DNA from: Octopus bimaculoides
Taxonomy: Eukaryota
DNA: 64,000 bases
NCBI RefSeq assembly: GCF_001194135.2
Contig: NC_068981.1
Coordinates: 40,463,033-40,527,032 of the forward strand
Direction: 5' to 3'
Each line of letters begins with the position of its first letter. Within the stretch, counting starts at the first letter, position 1. The notes under the pieces were generated by a model. It was not told the origin of the DNA. It saw only the letters and a list, made by a program, of their open reading frames with translations, and did no database searches. Positions 1 through 13,387 of this stretch are shown here, one piece after another. The position numbers and the translations under genes are program-made.

Positions 1-599
1 ACCAACTAATTACTATGCTAAAGTTATTCCTATGCTGAGGTTTGGGTGTCATTCTAATGTTATTATCAAGTATTTTTAAAACATTTCTTCTGATTAATTT
101 CATTTTTGTTTTTGCCAGACTAATTAATCTACATTTTGGATTGAAGTTTAAATTCTTTTTATGATCCTTAGTCTAATATATACCTTATGTTTTGCCAAGC
201 ATTGTAACCTATTTTTAAATTCCTTTTCTTAGTTACATTTTAGAGTTTATATTAAATGTTTATGTTAGTCTTTTTGTATTTTCAAGTAATATTTTTATTA
301 TTTAGTTATTTGTAGGTGCTGTTTTCTTTTTCATAAAGGTCAATGGTTTTGTTAGAGAATATAAAGCTGTTTTTGAATTCTTAATATTCTTAATGTCAGA
401 TATAAGGTTATTTTGAAAGGTGTTGGTGTACTTATGAAAGCATGTGTTAGCTATCGTGTCTAAAAGGTTGAATTCAAAAGGTTCAAGGTCTTCAATACAA
501 AGTGTGATTTTTCATATTTTTATTCCATTATATGTGGTTGTTTTTGTGCTATTAGATTTGTATCCTCAAACAAGTACTTAAGTACCATCCTCTTGGTGA

Positions 600-2115
600 T
601 ATTTCACAGCATAGTAGAACACTGCTGATGACCAAGAACTATAGTGTTAATCATAGATCTATACACTGTAACATAATCATTGATGATATTCTTACTCCAA
701 ATAATAAATGATGAAGTTGTTAAAGACATGCAAATGCTCTCTTGCTAGCAAACTATTGGATCAGTTCAAATAGGACCTCTTCAACCTAAATAACCTTACA
801 TCACCACTATCAAAGAAACTCTCAAGAATAGCATTACAAAATTTCAGAAACACCAAGAATGTATTTATTCTATCAAACAACATGAACAGCTGTCGTAAAT
901 GACACTTCTCCAACAGTATAACAAATACACGTAAAATTTAAGACAAAAAAACTTAACACTACAAAACTCCATAAGTCAAGAGGATAAAATGGACTAGCAA
1001 TGGAATTAGATATAAACAACAGGACTGAATAACTAGCACTCTGCACATCTCACATAACACTCAAGGACCATGAATCAAACTTCTTAATAGCATACAGGTA
1101 GGAGTTATCTTCTACCTGTATGCTATTAAATCCCACTAAACCAGTTGCAATAGATATGATAATTCAACATAAAAATTACCGCTATAGTATTACAAAATCA
1201 ACAGACTTACCCAAATGAATAACACTGCATCTATGACTGGATGATTTACAGATATCAATAAGTGCCTGTAAAATCTGCACAATTTGAAAGTCATATTCAC
1301 TTTTCAATAATCAAGCTCCTATTTGTAAAAATACTCACAATCACTAAAAACGACAGCACACTTGCAGATCAAAAACTTCAGGTCATAACTAACACTAGAT
1401 GATAATTCTGGGTTTTTTTGTTTACAAAGTTCTAGCCAAGATTTGTGAAATCAGAGGCCTCTATACATTACATGTATTAGACACAAAATACAGTAACTTG
1501 AAATGTGGCCTTTATTGTAATGATGGGCTCATGGTATTAAAAGGATATGAATGATTGCCAACTAGATAAATTAGTCTTCAGGTGAAACATCTTTCAATAG
1601 ATAATCTCAGCACTTTGATGACACACCAATGCTCAGCAACTTCAAGGATAAAATGCAATGTTTTCCAAATACGAGTAATGACCTAAGCCCTTATAAACAA
1701 TGCAAATATAAGGTACTATGTTTTATCCTCTCCCTCAAACACACTACCCAAACAAACCTTACCAGAAATTTGCTGTATACCAAGTATGTTTGAAAACAAC
1801 TGCATAGCCAATTCCTACTTTGGTCTGGAAACACTTTTTAAATCAAGATTCTTGCACCACACTCCTTCCAGAACATAAATAGAACAGGCACAAGCTTGTC
1901 GAAATAGCTATGGTCACTAAAAGACCAACAAAACACAAAATATAACATCAAGTAGGTCATTGATCACAATGAAACATACAAGGAAAATGAAGACTGCAGC
2001 CTGTGTACCTCAGAGAAAACAACCATATTGTTTTTACTTAGGCCATCCTTGAATTTACAATTTAAGTTGATCTCCTCTTTCATGCACAGACCTAAGTATC
2101 TACTGAAAAATGTTC
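600..2115 (+). mobile_element. Decayed Penelope-like retroelement (RT + GIY-YIG endonuclease remnants)
   Basis: Hand translation: GLYCNDGL at 1507-1530 (Penelope RT GLYRDDGL motif), preceded by KICEIRGLYTLHVL-like segment (~1440-1480); YFGLETLFKSRF at ~1816-1851, TSLSK*LWSLK at ~1890-1922 and CSLCTSEKTTIL..SLN at ~1995-2055 match the C-terminal GIY-YIG domain of PLEs. Many stops and frameshifts; ends approximate. Confidence 0.7.
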
Positions 2116-2142
2116 AACTAAATATAATAATCCTTTCTACAG

Positions 2143-2345
2143 AACTCACAAGGCCTTGAAATTTTGGGGGAGAAGACTAATCGCTTACATCAACCCCAGT
2201 GTTTCACTGGTACTTAATTTATTAACTCTGAAAGAATAAAAGGCAAGATCAACCTTGTTGGAATTGAACTCAGAACGTAGCGGCATATGAAATACTGCTA
2301 AGCATTTCGCCCAGCGTGCTAACAACTCTGCCAGCTCACCACCTT
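2143..2345 (-). mobile_element. tRNA-derived SINE, family A (head gagctggcagaatcgttagc...)
   Basis: Reverse strand reads ggtgagctggcagagttgttagcacgctgggcgaaatgcttagc...gagttcaattcc (A/B-box-like), then ttgccttttattctttc...agtaccagt; the same body recurs many times in the window. Confidence 0.75.
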
Positions 2346-3732
2346 AATCTTCAAATAAATATGATAATAATAATAACAGTTATACTATCAAACAAGTCAT
2401 GCACCAAAGCAATCCAATAATGACAAAATGCACAGAACATTCTGCTTTGCAGCATACAGCCTACAGAGCTTCACCAACCCTACATTCTGTACAAATTGTT
2501 ATAGCACTTACATCCAGTACATTTCATACCACACGTTTCAGGTACTTTTGCTCCACTAAGTACAATTTTGTCCCACATGTCTGCATGTCCTTACTCAGAT
2601 TCTACATACTTTTAATTACACATACATAAATCATTATTCATTTTAGAACCACCATAACTCAAAAATTAACTATTATTACATGTTCATAAACACTATATTC
2701 AGTTTGAATTATATTGAATTATTCATTCTGTTATTTATATATTTATACACACATAAATTCATGCATTTTTAATTTTCCTGTTAATTCATTATTTTAATAA
2801 TGTCTCCAATGACAACCTTTGCAATTTTCATTTTGTTATTGGAAATTCTATTATCAACATTACAAATTCTAACGAGTTGCCAACCCATTCTCAGTGCCAA
2901 AATAATTGTTAAATGGACTGTAAATAATTATTAAATGATTTTTCTCTAGAACCTTCATTGCTTGTTAACCTATAATCATATGATTTTTTCTATGCACCCC
3001 GTACTTTGAACAGTCTTCACTTTATCATCAGCATCATTATCATCATACAGAAGCTATTATATGCTAATTTATTTAGCAGGAATATTATCCTGAGATTTGG
3101 TGACAACACATCTCCACAAATCTTTCTTAAGACTCTTGTAGAATACAAGTCGGTGCTTATGTACAAGTCAACAATACTTGCCTCAATTTGAATATACTTC
3201 AGCCTCTAAGGTAATAGTTTGGGCATTTATGCCAAGTATGTTAATTACCTCAGGAATAATTTTCATCCTTGTAATCCACAATATCTCTATTTCTCTGGAT
3301 AAGTTGTGATATTCATCAATTTACTCAATTTCCTTGCTATACATTTTTCCTATCATATGGAATTGTGAAGACACTGATCTCACTCTGTTCTTTCACTTTT
3401 TCATGATCTGAGTTGTACGATCAGTTTAGAAATTCTATAAAAACTTATAATTTCTATTCACTATGGAAATTCTTGGTTCAAATCACTTTTGTGTCACTTC
3501 AAATCCACAAGCTTGAACATCCTTATTCACTCCTTTACTGACAGTCATGTCTATGTCTATACTCTTATTGTGCTAGCTTACTACGCTCACTTAAGAGATA
3601 GGCAATACTTTAGTCCCACCTCTTCCACACATTTTGGATTTGTTGATTGAATTTTATGAACCTTTATCATTATTATTATCATCATCATTATCATTATCAG
3701 TAGTAGTAGTACGAGGACGAGATGACGACGAC

Positions 3733-3925
3733 TGTGAGCTGGCAGAATCATTAGCATGCTGGACAGAATGTTGAGCAGCGTCTCTTCCAGCTTTATAGTC
3801 TAAGTTCTAAAGCTGCCAAAGTCAACCTTGCCTTTCATCTTTTCATGGTCAATGAAATGTGTACCAGTTGAGTACTTGAGACAATGTAATCAACTATCCC
3901 CCTCTCACCATAATTTCAAGCCTCA
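3733..3925 (+). mobile_element. tRNA-derived SINE, family A
   Basis: gtgagctggcagaatcattagcatgctgg...gtcaaccttgcctttcatc...gtaccagttgagtact; homologous to 2143-2345. Confidence 0.7.
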
Positions 3926-4844
3926 TGCCCATAGTAGAAAGAATTATTATTATCATTATTGTACTTTATGCATACTGGCCTGTACATACATATATATGTG
4001 TGGTTGTGTGTTTGTACATGTGTATGAAGATATGTAAATATGTACACAAACACACAGTTGTTGCTTACCACCAGATCAACTCACATGAAGCAGAAATTTT
4101 TATGGTCACAGCTTATAGGATTTCAGCATAGTTCTCTTCAGTAAGAGCTGATCTGAGTGTAAGCAACAACTGTTTCCAAGCAACTGATTTGGAGGGAAAA
4201 ACAACAAAAGGCGTGTCATACTAGTAAGAACTTTTAATTGATGTGAAATTATCAACACCTTCTATCTCACTCTAAGTACACACATACAGTTATATAAAAA
4301 TTAACAACACACACACATTCACGGACAGATACACATACTACCATAGATATTTAAACAAATACACCTGATGCTCATATATTATAGCTAGATACATGAACAC
4401 ATAAATACATGTCTGCGCATGTGTGTGTGTGTGTATATGTGTGTGCAGGTATATAGACACATACTCACATGCTCAATTTTTGGTTTATATGCTTCTCAGT
4501 TTCTGAGTACAAATAATCATGCATGTGTATTTAGATTTATATGTATATACTGCATGTAGATAGGGAAATACATTGTGAAGTGTTTTATATAATGCAGTGA
4601 GAATGCTTATCAGTGAATAAAGAGGAATAAGCTACACTTAAGATTTCTGTGTCTGTATTATTTCAAAAAGCATGAATGTTGTGCCAGAAGTAAAACTTAG
4701 TGATTGAAAAATGTTGATCTATAAAATAAGTACCAAGAGGGAATAAACACTGAGACTAATGTAATCAACTAAACCCTGAAACCAGTATGAGAATAAAACA
4801 TATATAAAATAAATATAATACACATGCTCATACATATGTATCAT

Positions 4845-5005
4845 CAACATCATAATTATTGTTTGAACATCGACATTTCCATGCTTGCATGGATGAGATG
4901 GAATTCAGTGAAGCAGATTTTCTCTAGTTAGATGCTTTTCCTGTTGTCAATCCTCACTTGCTTGCAAGCAAGGTAACATTTCTCTATTATCAAACATGCT
5001 TCCAC
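4845..5005 (-). mobile_element. RTE 3'-tail-type repeat fragment
   Basis: catcat...acatcgacatttccatgcttgcatgg...tagatgcttttcctgttgtcaatcctcac; reverse-complement match to the tail family ending ...gttaaatgatgatg. Confidence 0.5.
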
Positions 5006-5008
5006 AGT

Positions 5009-5060
<52 letters not shown>

Positions 5061-5329
5061 TTGTTTAAAAGAGTTCCAACACTGTCTGTTTTTTATGTTT
5101 TATTTATATTCCTGCAGAACCAATGTGGGATATAGAATATGGAATATACAATATATAATATAATATACAATATATAATATAAAATAAAATAAAATAAATA
5201 AAAATAAATATGGATGGCACCACGAAATAAAGTATTGAATGTAGATGAAATATTGAGTGTTCAATATAAAGGATCAAATATATAAATATATAAAGATAAA
5301 TATATCATTATAAATATATAATGATAATG

Positions 5330-5480
5330 TATATCATTATCATCATCGCTTAACGTCCGTTTTCCATGCTGGCATGGGATGGACAGTTTGACTGAGGACT
5401 GGCAAGCCAGTCCTGAAAGGATGAAAGACAAAGTCAACCCCGGCGGAATTTGAACTGAAGCAAAACAAATGTTAAATGAT
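5330..5480 (-). mobile_element. Chimera of SINE family A body and RTE 3' tail
   Basis: Minus strand: ttcaaattccgccggggttgactttgtctttcatcctttcagga joined directly to ctggcttgccagtcctcagtcaaactgtcc...ggacgttaagcgatgatg. Confidence 0.6.
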
Positions 5481-5485
5481 GTTGA

Positions 5486-5800
<315 letters not shown>

Positions 5801-6196
5801 TGTGTACTTGACTGGTCTCCATTTCAGCAAAGCAGTGCTGATGTTGATATTACTACAGATCACTCAGTGCATTATTTACATTATTTACATTTGAATAAAA
5901 CTAATAAAAAAATCTAGTAAAAAAATTAACAAAATTTTTTTATTAGTTTTTATTAGCTTTATTCAATAAATTTATAACGTATATACTGGTTTTTACTAAA
6001 TAATCTTTTTAAATAATATTAACTTATGTTTGACAAAAAAAATGGTACTTTATACTTGTATAGATAGGGGTAAATTTTACACTAAATTATTAATTCCCAT
6101 AATGTTTATATAGAGGGTTTCCTTAGGTTTAGCATTTTCTATATATATCGGTAATGTAATTTTATGTGTTTAATTTAATGCATATATATATATGTT

Positions 6197-6237
<41 letters not shown>

Positions 6238-6639
6238 TAGGCACATTCCATCAGTAATTACTCAGGTTAGGTAGTTGGTGGCATTAATGTAGTAAAACTC
6301 AAAAAATAAGCGAAACACAGGTGCGTGATGGAGTTGGAGGCAGATTTACTTCTGCCTTTACAGCGTGTAAAGAAAACGTTGTTGCAGGAATGTATGCAGC
6401 ACATGTACTACAGCATTACTATGTGTAGCTTTAATACTGAGATTGAAAGGCAGGGGCGAATTATGCCTACCTAATCTACAAAAAAACATAATATTTTGCA
6501 TTTTATGCAAAGTAATCAGAGTAACCTTCATAATTTTATTGAATTAGGTGCATATTTTTCCAGAACAGGAGAATGTTACGATTTTTTTTTTTATCAGGGT
6601 ATGCACTGCCTACCTTCCTACCCAGGTGGCATGTCCTTG

Positions 6640-6692
<53 letters not shown>

Positions 6693-8173
6693 TTTTATAT
6701 GTGTATGTTACTTAAGTTTCAAGTGAAATTACTACAAATAAGGAAACAGAAAAATTTGATAAGAATCCTTCTATATAGACAATATCTTCATCATCACTTT
6801 TGACCTAGATAAAAACTCTCTTTGCTGAGTGTACTGTGAACTAGATGTTTGAGCAACTTTTATTGTGAGTAACAATAAATTTGGAAATTTTCTCAATAAT
6901 ATCACTTTTTCTTTTAATAAATTGTTTCTCTGTAACATCTTTTATTCTGGAGTGTCTTATATATATATATATATATATATAGTCTTCCTAAAAAACTAAA
7001 TATTTTGAAAGAGAGATTTTTTTCTGCTACTTATGCACCCACCTTAGTTGCTTAATTTGAAGACATTATACAGTAGAAAAATTTGAACCTGACAGTCCAA
7101 AGGTGAAAATTAGAGTTTTTCGTACTTCCTAGATATGTCCAGACATAGAAAGAAGTTGAAAACTAAATAGAATAGTTGATAGTTGTAATAAACACAGAAG
7201 TTTTGTGTTAGCCTATTAAGATTATGCAGGTTGGATTTTGTCCAATAAATTTGATGTATATAAAACATTAAATGAATTTGGGAACAGCCTTATACAAAAG
7301 ATCTAAAGTGAGATTTGCCAAGAATGAGGAGTCAGTGAAGATTAAATTATCATTTGGTCTTGGTTCAGATCTAAAATCTTCATCAAGCAGTATTTACAGT
7401 TATCATGTTTGAGTAAATTCATTGTGAGCAACAAACAAAAGAATGGACTCTAGTAGCAGAAGAGTTATAATGACAGTGATAGAAACATGAATCACTTTTT
7501 TGTTGGTTTTAATAAAGAATCTCTGCAAGTTGATAAAAGAGAAGTAAACTACATTGTATTATTTCTTTCATAAAGCTTTGGTTTATCTAGAACCATTTTC
7601 TTATTTGATAATCTTAATTATTTAATGCTTCTTCTTCCTATGTTCCTTCAAAACACATATGATGGTTACATAGCATCTCTCCACGTCTCACAGTTCTTTG
7701 CATTTTTATTGTTGTTTGCAAGGTCTTTTGAACTGCAAGTGTTAGCTTATTTATATCTGACTGTTTCTTACACAAGGAGCTAATATTTTAACTGACTGAT
7801 ACCAAGTAGCATCCAACAAAAGTTATTTGTCTGGTAAGCAAACTCACATCTACATTCAATAAAATTAAAACATTATAAAGTACTAGGGACACACAAATCA
7901 AAGTTTCAACCAAGATTCAGTCTCCTAATCAGAATGTTTGCTTCAATGTCCCAGACATCTAAAGAGAGGGGTTTAGATTCTCAATGCCTACAAGTATTTT
8001 GATAAAGGTCCTCAGAAGAAAATCATTCATCTATTTTTAGTAATTCTCATTTGTCTATCTGATTCATTCTTCACTGCATCACCACTTATAACAATCTTTA
8101 TTTCTTGAGCAAACATAACAGCCCTCCAATTGGTCCTGGGCCTGCTAGAAAATATTGTGTAATATTACATATA

Positions 8174-8209
<36 letters not shown>

Positions 8210-8213
<4 letters not shown>

Positions 8214-8350
8214 AAGGGCATCCAGCTGTAGAAACTCTGCCAAATTAGATTGGAGCCTGGTGTTGCCATCCGGTTTCACCAGTCCTCAGTCAAATCGTCC
8301 AACCCATGCTAGCATGGAAAGCGGACGTTAAACGATGATGATGATGATGA
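8210..8350 (+). mobile_element. RTE 3'-tail repeat
   Basis: aggaagggcatccagctgtagaaactctgcc...cccatgctagcatggaaagcggacgttaaacgatgatgatg; same tail as the RTE LINE at 56790-57850. Confidence 0.8.
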
Positions 8351-9214
8351 TATAGTACATACCATTGTAGTTAAAAATTATAATCATTATGGTAAACTTT
8401 GAATTTAAAGAAGATAAAATAAAACAAAAACATCAAAATAGAAAGCTGTAATCCTAATACATCCTAATATTTCAAAAAAGTAAGGGCACAATTTATCATG
8501 TGATTAAAAATACACCGTCTAAAAACAAACATTAAAGAAAAAAACCAGAAGAGATGTTCATGGCTGGTTTGACTTTAATCATAAGTCTGTAGAAGTAAAA
8601 CTGACCTGTGGTTAAACAATAGTGTTTATTACCAATAACCATGGCACTTCTCATCATTATAAACACCATCATCATTAAATGCATGTACTTTCTTGCCCTC
8701 ATTACCGTGCTGGCCTTCTCTCTATACAGAATTCCTTGAGAACTACATTTGTCCTCAAACATTAGAATATAACATATTAAATAAGTCATTAACAGTTTTA
8801 TTTCCATTAAGATTACTTGTTTTTTTATGTTTCATCATTGATATTTGCATCTGATAAGTTTTGTACTCTTTATAACTGAAATTATTTATCACTGAACTTA
8901 TTGCTAATTATTTTTGATGTCTAATTTTTCATATATGACATATTCATATTGCATATTGATTGCTATATCTTCTGAATCTATAATACATCTTAAATTAATT
9001 GTGAAAATTGCTCCCAACCCTATAAAGTTAGCCTCTAATCTTTCAAGTTTACATTTAATGTAATTATAAATTTTCCATTTAAATTATTGTAACCATACAT
9101 AACAATGCTGGTTGTACCAAAGATCATGCCCCAGCATCTTCATAAACATATAACTGAAACCTACACAAAAGCCTTCTCTTGAAAGTACCATAGCCTATCC
9201 CCTCTCCAGTTATT

Positions 9215-9405
9215 TGTTTCAAATTTTGGCACAAGACCAGTTGAGGAGGAGATAATCGACTGGTACTTTATTCTTTGACCTTGAAAGGATGAAAGGCAAA
9301 GTTGACTTTGACAGTATTTGAACTCAGAATGTAAAGTGCCAGAAGAAATGCCACTAAGTATTTTGTACAGTGTGATAATGATTCAGCCAGTTCACTGCCT
9401 TAATC
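9215..9405 (-). mobile_element. tRNA-derived SINE, family A
   Basis: tggtactttattctttgaccttgaaaggatgaaaggcaaagttgact...gaactcagaatgtaaag...cagccagttcactgcc (reverse orientation of family A). Confidence 0.7.
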
Positions 9406-10431
9406 CCCTTTAAAATTATTTTGTTGTAATAATTGAAATACTTCCTCCTTTTTACTATCACTTTCTCAATATTCTATACAGTTTTTTTTTTTTCTTACTT
9501 TACAACAGCTCCAAGCAATTACTAATGTCATTAATTAGGCAGTTGGATACAAAAGCAATTTCTGTCAAAGAGCCACATAAGCCAGTCTTCTGTTATTATT
9601 CCATTCATATCTAAAATCCTTTATCGGAATGAATATAAATCAGTCCAAGTACTTGACTGTTACTTTATCGACAAAATTGACCTCATTGGGATTTTGAATT
9701 CAGAACATAAAGAGACATAATTAATGCCAACGGGAATTTTGCTTGATACTCAAATGATTCTGCTTGTCCAACATTGAATTGGCTCCATTTTGTGACTGGA
9801 ACTTAGTTTATTAATTCTGTTAAGCAAGGAGTCACAGTTCGAGCTGGTTACACCAGTGTCTGATTTTGGAACAAAGAGAATCCCAAATTTAAACTCAATG
9901 TTCCACATGCTTGAATATCTTTAACCCATAAAAGAAAATTTCAGCCTCCTATTTTGCTATTCCATGTTGATATGCACAGTTTATATGTACAACTTATTTT
10001 TCCATTCTGATTCAGCATTAAATGAGGGGTGGGGGTGGATGACAATATATTGAAAATATAGCAATATTATTTCAAACAATTTTGATTTACTTATCTCATA
10101 TAAAGATTTTTGTTATTCTTGAGGAATTCTTGAGACTCTTTGGAGCCTCATTGTTGTAATAAAAGAAATGTATAACTGGCTGCTGCCAGTAGGATGCTAA
10201 TTGCTACATGAAACAGCCTCTGGAGAGATCTATATAACCAAGTTATTGTAGCCAATAACAATTATTGCTTTCTTTCTATAATGTTCTGATACAGCTCACA
10301 ATGTATTTCTCAAAATGAACCACTTGTATCAGTAATGATTACAGCTTTGTATTTTGATGTTTTTGTTTTATTTTATCTTCTTTAAATTCATGGTTAACCA
10401 TAATGATTGTAATTTTTAACTACAATAGTAT

Positions 10432-10495
<64 letters not shown>

Positions 10496-10745
10496 CATAT
10501 ATGTATATATATCACACAATAGGAGAAAAAACAATCTAGTTACATGTCTTCAGTTTTTTTTTTTTTTTACTTTTTTTAATGTTATAAGAGTTGTTTAGTC
10601 TAACAAGTTTCTTCACAAAGGAATGCAGTCACTTTCAAGTGATGGGCGTCCAGTAAAATGGCTGTTGAGTCAAGTACTTCAAACTGAATAGATCTTAATG
10701 TAATCTCCATTTCTTTTTATAAGCATCATTTATTACAGAGTGGCA

Positions 10746-10759
10746 GTAACCATAGCAAC
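10746..10759. promoter_or_regulatory. RFX/X-box motif
   Basis: GTAACCATAGCAAC matches the GTNRCC-N(0-3)-RGYAAC consensus exactly, in non-repeat sequence; function untested. Confidence 0.35.
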
Positions 10760-11159
10760 GATACGTATGCATAAAAATAAGAAAAATATAATAGAATGAT
10801 AATGTAATTGCATGAAAAGAAATCAAATTAAATTATATATACTCAATATTTAAATTAAATAATAGAAATCTATTTATGTAAATATCGATTTACTTCTTAA
10901 GCATAGGGACAGAAATGAAATTTATTAGGAAAAGTGTGAGATTATATAATGTTCATTCATCCCTGTCTCAAGACTACTAATAATGTACATAGAGTATATT
11001 AGTTCACCCAGAGACCCACACAAGAAACTGTCTTAGATTGCTATTCATTACATACCTGTTTTTATAATTGATGTAAATCTTAATAAATGTTGCATGTAAT
11101 TGGGAAAAATAAATTTGAAACACTTATTGTCATAATTTTTTCCATAGGATTGGGGGTTG

Positions 11160-11320
11160 ATTTGTTGAATTAGCAAGGTTTCAGACAAGGTACCTTATAC
11201 TATTTGGTTACCAACCTTTACATTCTATGCTCAAATCTTGTAGAGATCAGCTTTGTTTCTCAACCTTCAGTAGGTGATCAGAATAAAGTATCAGTCAAAT
11301 ACAGAGTTAATTCAACACTT
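11160..11320 (+). mobile_element. Degraded SINE family A
   Basis: ttacattctatgctcaaatcttgtagagatcagctttgtttctcaaccttcag...aataaagtatcagtc resembles the family A body. Confidence 0.45.
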
Positions 11321-12822
11321 TAGCATTCAGATTACTCTGTCAAATGAACTCCTTATCTATTCATATTACTTTGAATTGATCATGTATTGTCTCATAGCTT
11401 TGGAATTTCAATGATGAAATTGCTTATTTTCAAATGATGTTGTAGGTTAAGATCAGATATGTCCAGTTTGAGCATAAAACAGGTAGAATATTTTGGGCCA
11501 GATATCGCCAGTTCAAATGCTAAAGGGTTAATCAACTTCTCTTTTTCCTAAAATTTGTTACCTTTGCAATGATATTTCAATATGAATATCAGTTTTTTGG
11601 AAACCATCATTGTTTTTTTTGTTGTAGGTGGGGGTTATTTGTTTCATTTATTTATTTGGTACCAAAGTACTAGAAATGTCTATGTGTTTTCTTTTTAGTA
11701 TCATCAGTAGATGTCCTTCATCCTGTTTAGCTCCAGTCCATAACCCCTGAGTGTCTTTAGGAGTCCACTTTGTTGCAAGCATTCAGATTAGATCTTCAGT
11801 CTGGTTGTTAATTCCTTCTTTTCTCCCACCAGAACCACAGATTCAGATAAAAAGTTCATCAGCACTGCCTTTCCTGTTCCAACAAAATCATTCAAAGAGC
11901 AGAAAAATGCAGTCACCTTAATTTTGCTTAAGTAGTAGTGAATCAATTGTTAAGTAAATATAGAGAAACGTACATATGTTAACACAAAGAAAAAGTTTTT
12001 TTTCTTCCTGCCCATTTTATTCTACTTTCTCTAATAAGTACATCATGTATTAAATATGTCGACATTTACTTAGCCACTATTTATCATACAGATTGTGTTT
12101 CAGTAATATCTAATTTCTAAACAATTCTATCTTGCAACACCAACAAATATACATATTTTTATTGACTAACTGTTGCTAATGCAGAGCAGCACCAGTTTTT
12201 TCAGAAGCTGGATTTTTAGCTACATTTCAGTTTATTTACTTAATGATTCATTTACTGCTGCTTGGCAAGCTATTGTGGCATGACTGCTCTTCTGCTGAGA
12301 ATACTCAAAAAAGTAGGATTACATCCACATTCTCTCTCTTTCTCTAACCCTTTTTTACCAGGAGAAAATGAATACATGTTACACATCAACAAATATTATT
12401 TTCTCTCAACATGTTTCATTTACTTTATCCATACATTAAATATACTGACACCTATTTATCTACTACTTATCATATGGATGACATCTCAGAATTATATACT
12501 TTCCAAACAATTCTCTTTGAATAGCCTTCTTAATGATGACCACTCAGGTGTAAAGCTAAAGAGGTTGTTTCACAAAGACTTTTACATAAAAGCTAGATCC
12601 ACTTAAAGAAGTAAAGGAAGGAAGTAAGGGAACACAAAAGTGTTTCTCTACTTCTATAGCTCTTCTCAACCCTGCAACTTAACTTGTTATCCTGTTATTC
12701 ATACCTCTTAGAAATTACTGTTCTCTTTGATATATGGCAGCACTGCACAATAACAGCTAATTCTTTTCCACTATTATTACTTTAAGTGACCCTGTAAAGT
12801 AAACTTTTGGTCCACATTTCTT

Positions 12823-12880
12823 GCACACACACACACACACACACACACGCACTCTCTCTCTCTCTCTCTCTCCATCTCTT

Positions 12881-12934
<54 letters not shown>

Positions 12935-12970
12935 CGTATCTATCTATCTATCTATATATATATATATATA
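12823..12970. repeat. Compound (CA)n-(CT)n-(TATC)n-(TA)n microsatellite
   Basis: Directly visible. Confidence 0.95.
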
Positions 12971-12984
12971 AAATCAAATGGAAA

Positions 12985-13263
12985 TTGTGGTTGTGATACC
13001 TGTGCCGGTGGCACGTAAAAAGCACCAGCCAATCATGGCTGTTGCCAGCCTCCTCCGGCCCCTGTGCCAGTGGCACGTAAAAACCACTCACTACACTCAC
13101 AGAGTGGTTGGTGTAAGGAAGGGCATTCAGCTGTAGAAACACTGCCAGATCAGACTGGAGCCTGGTGCAGCCTGCTGGCTTCCCAGACCCCAGTCAAACC
13201 ATCCAACCCATGCTAGCATAGAAAACGGACGTTAAATGATGATGATGATGATGATGATGATGA
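12985..13263 (+). mobile_element. RTE 3'-tail repeat with internal tandem unit (gtgccggtggcacgtaaaaa x2)
   Basis: Ends cccatgctagcatagaaaacggacgttaaatgatgatgatg. Confidence 0.8.
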
Positions 13264-13387
13264 TATATATATATATATATCATCAGAAATTCATAAATCT
13301 GAAGAAGCATGCTCTAATTTATAGAACAGTAAAGTATATAGATAAAAATAGATGAGACTGATCAATGGGATTACTCAGGGTTTCACA

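Noticed and set aside
617-650. CTGATGA...GAACTATAGTG near the 5' end of the Penelope remnant
   Set aside because: Palindromic ACTATAGT and flanking aacact/agtgtt are suggestive, but stem II is absent, GAAA is incomplete and position 17 is G.
5392-5420. CTGAGGA-hairpin-GAAA hammerhead look-alike
   Set aside because: Four extra bases (tcct) lie between stem II and GAAA, with no stem III/U-H or stem I; it is a chimera junction.
8262-8292. Minus-strand CTGAGGACTGGTGAAACCGGAT hammerhead look-alike in the RTE tail
   Set aside because: No stem II can form, and A replaces the required U16.1.
8625-8724. Minus frame REGQHGNEGKKVHAFNDDGVYNDEKCHGYW resembling a C-type lectin end
   Set aside because: Key Cys and Trp are missing, the acceptor is poor, and a decayed CAT/AAT trinucleotide repeat explains it better.
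11690-11900. Minus frame with two in-frame TGA (possible Sec or Trp readthrough)
   Set aside because: No recognisable protein family, no SECIS seen, and no convincing splice pair.
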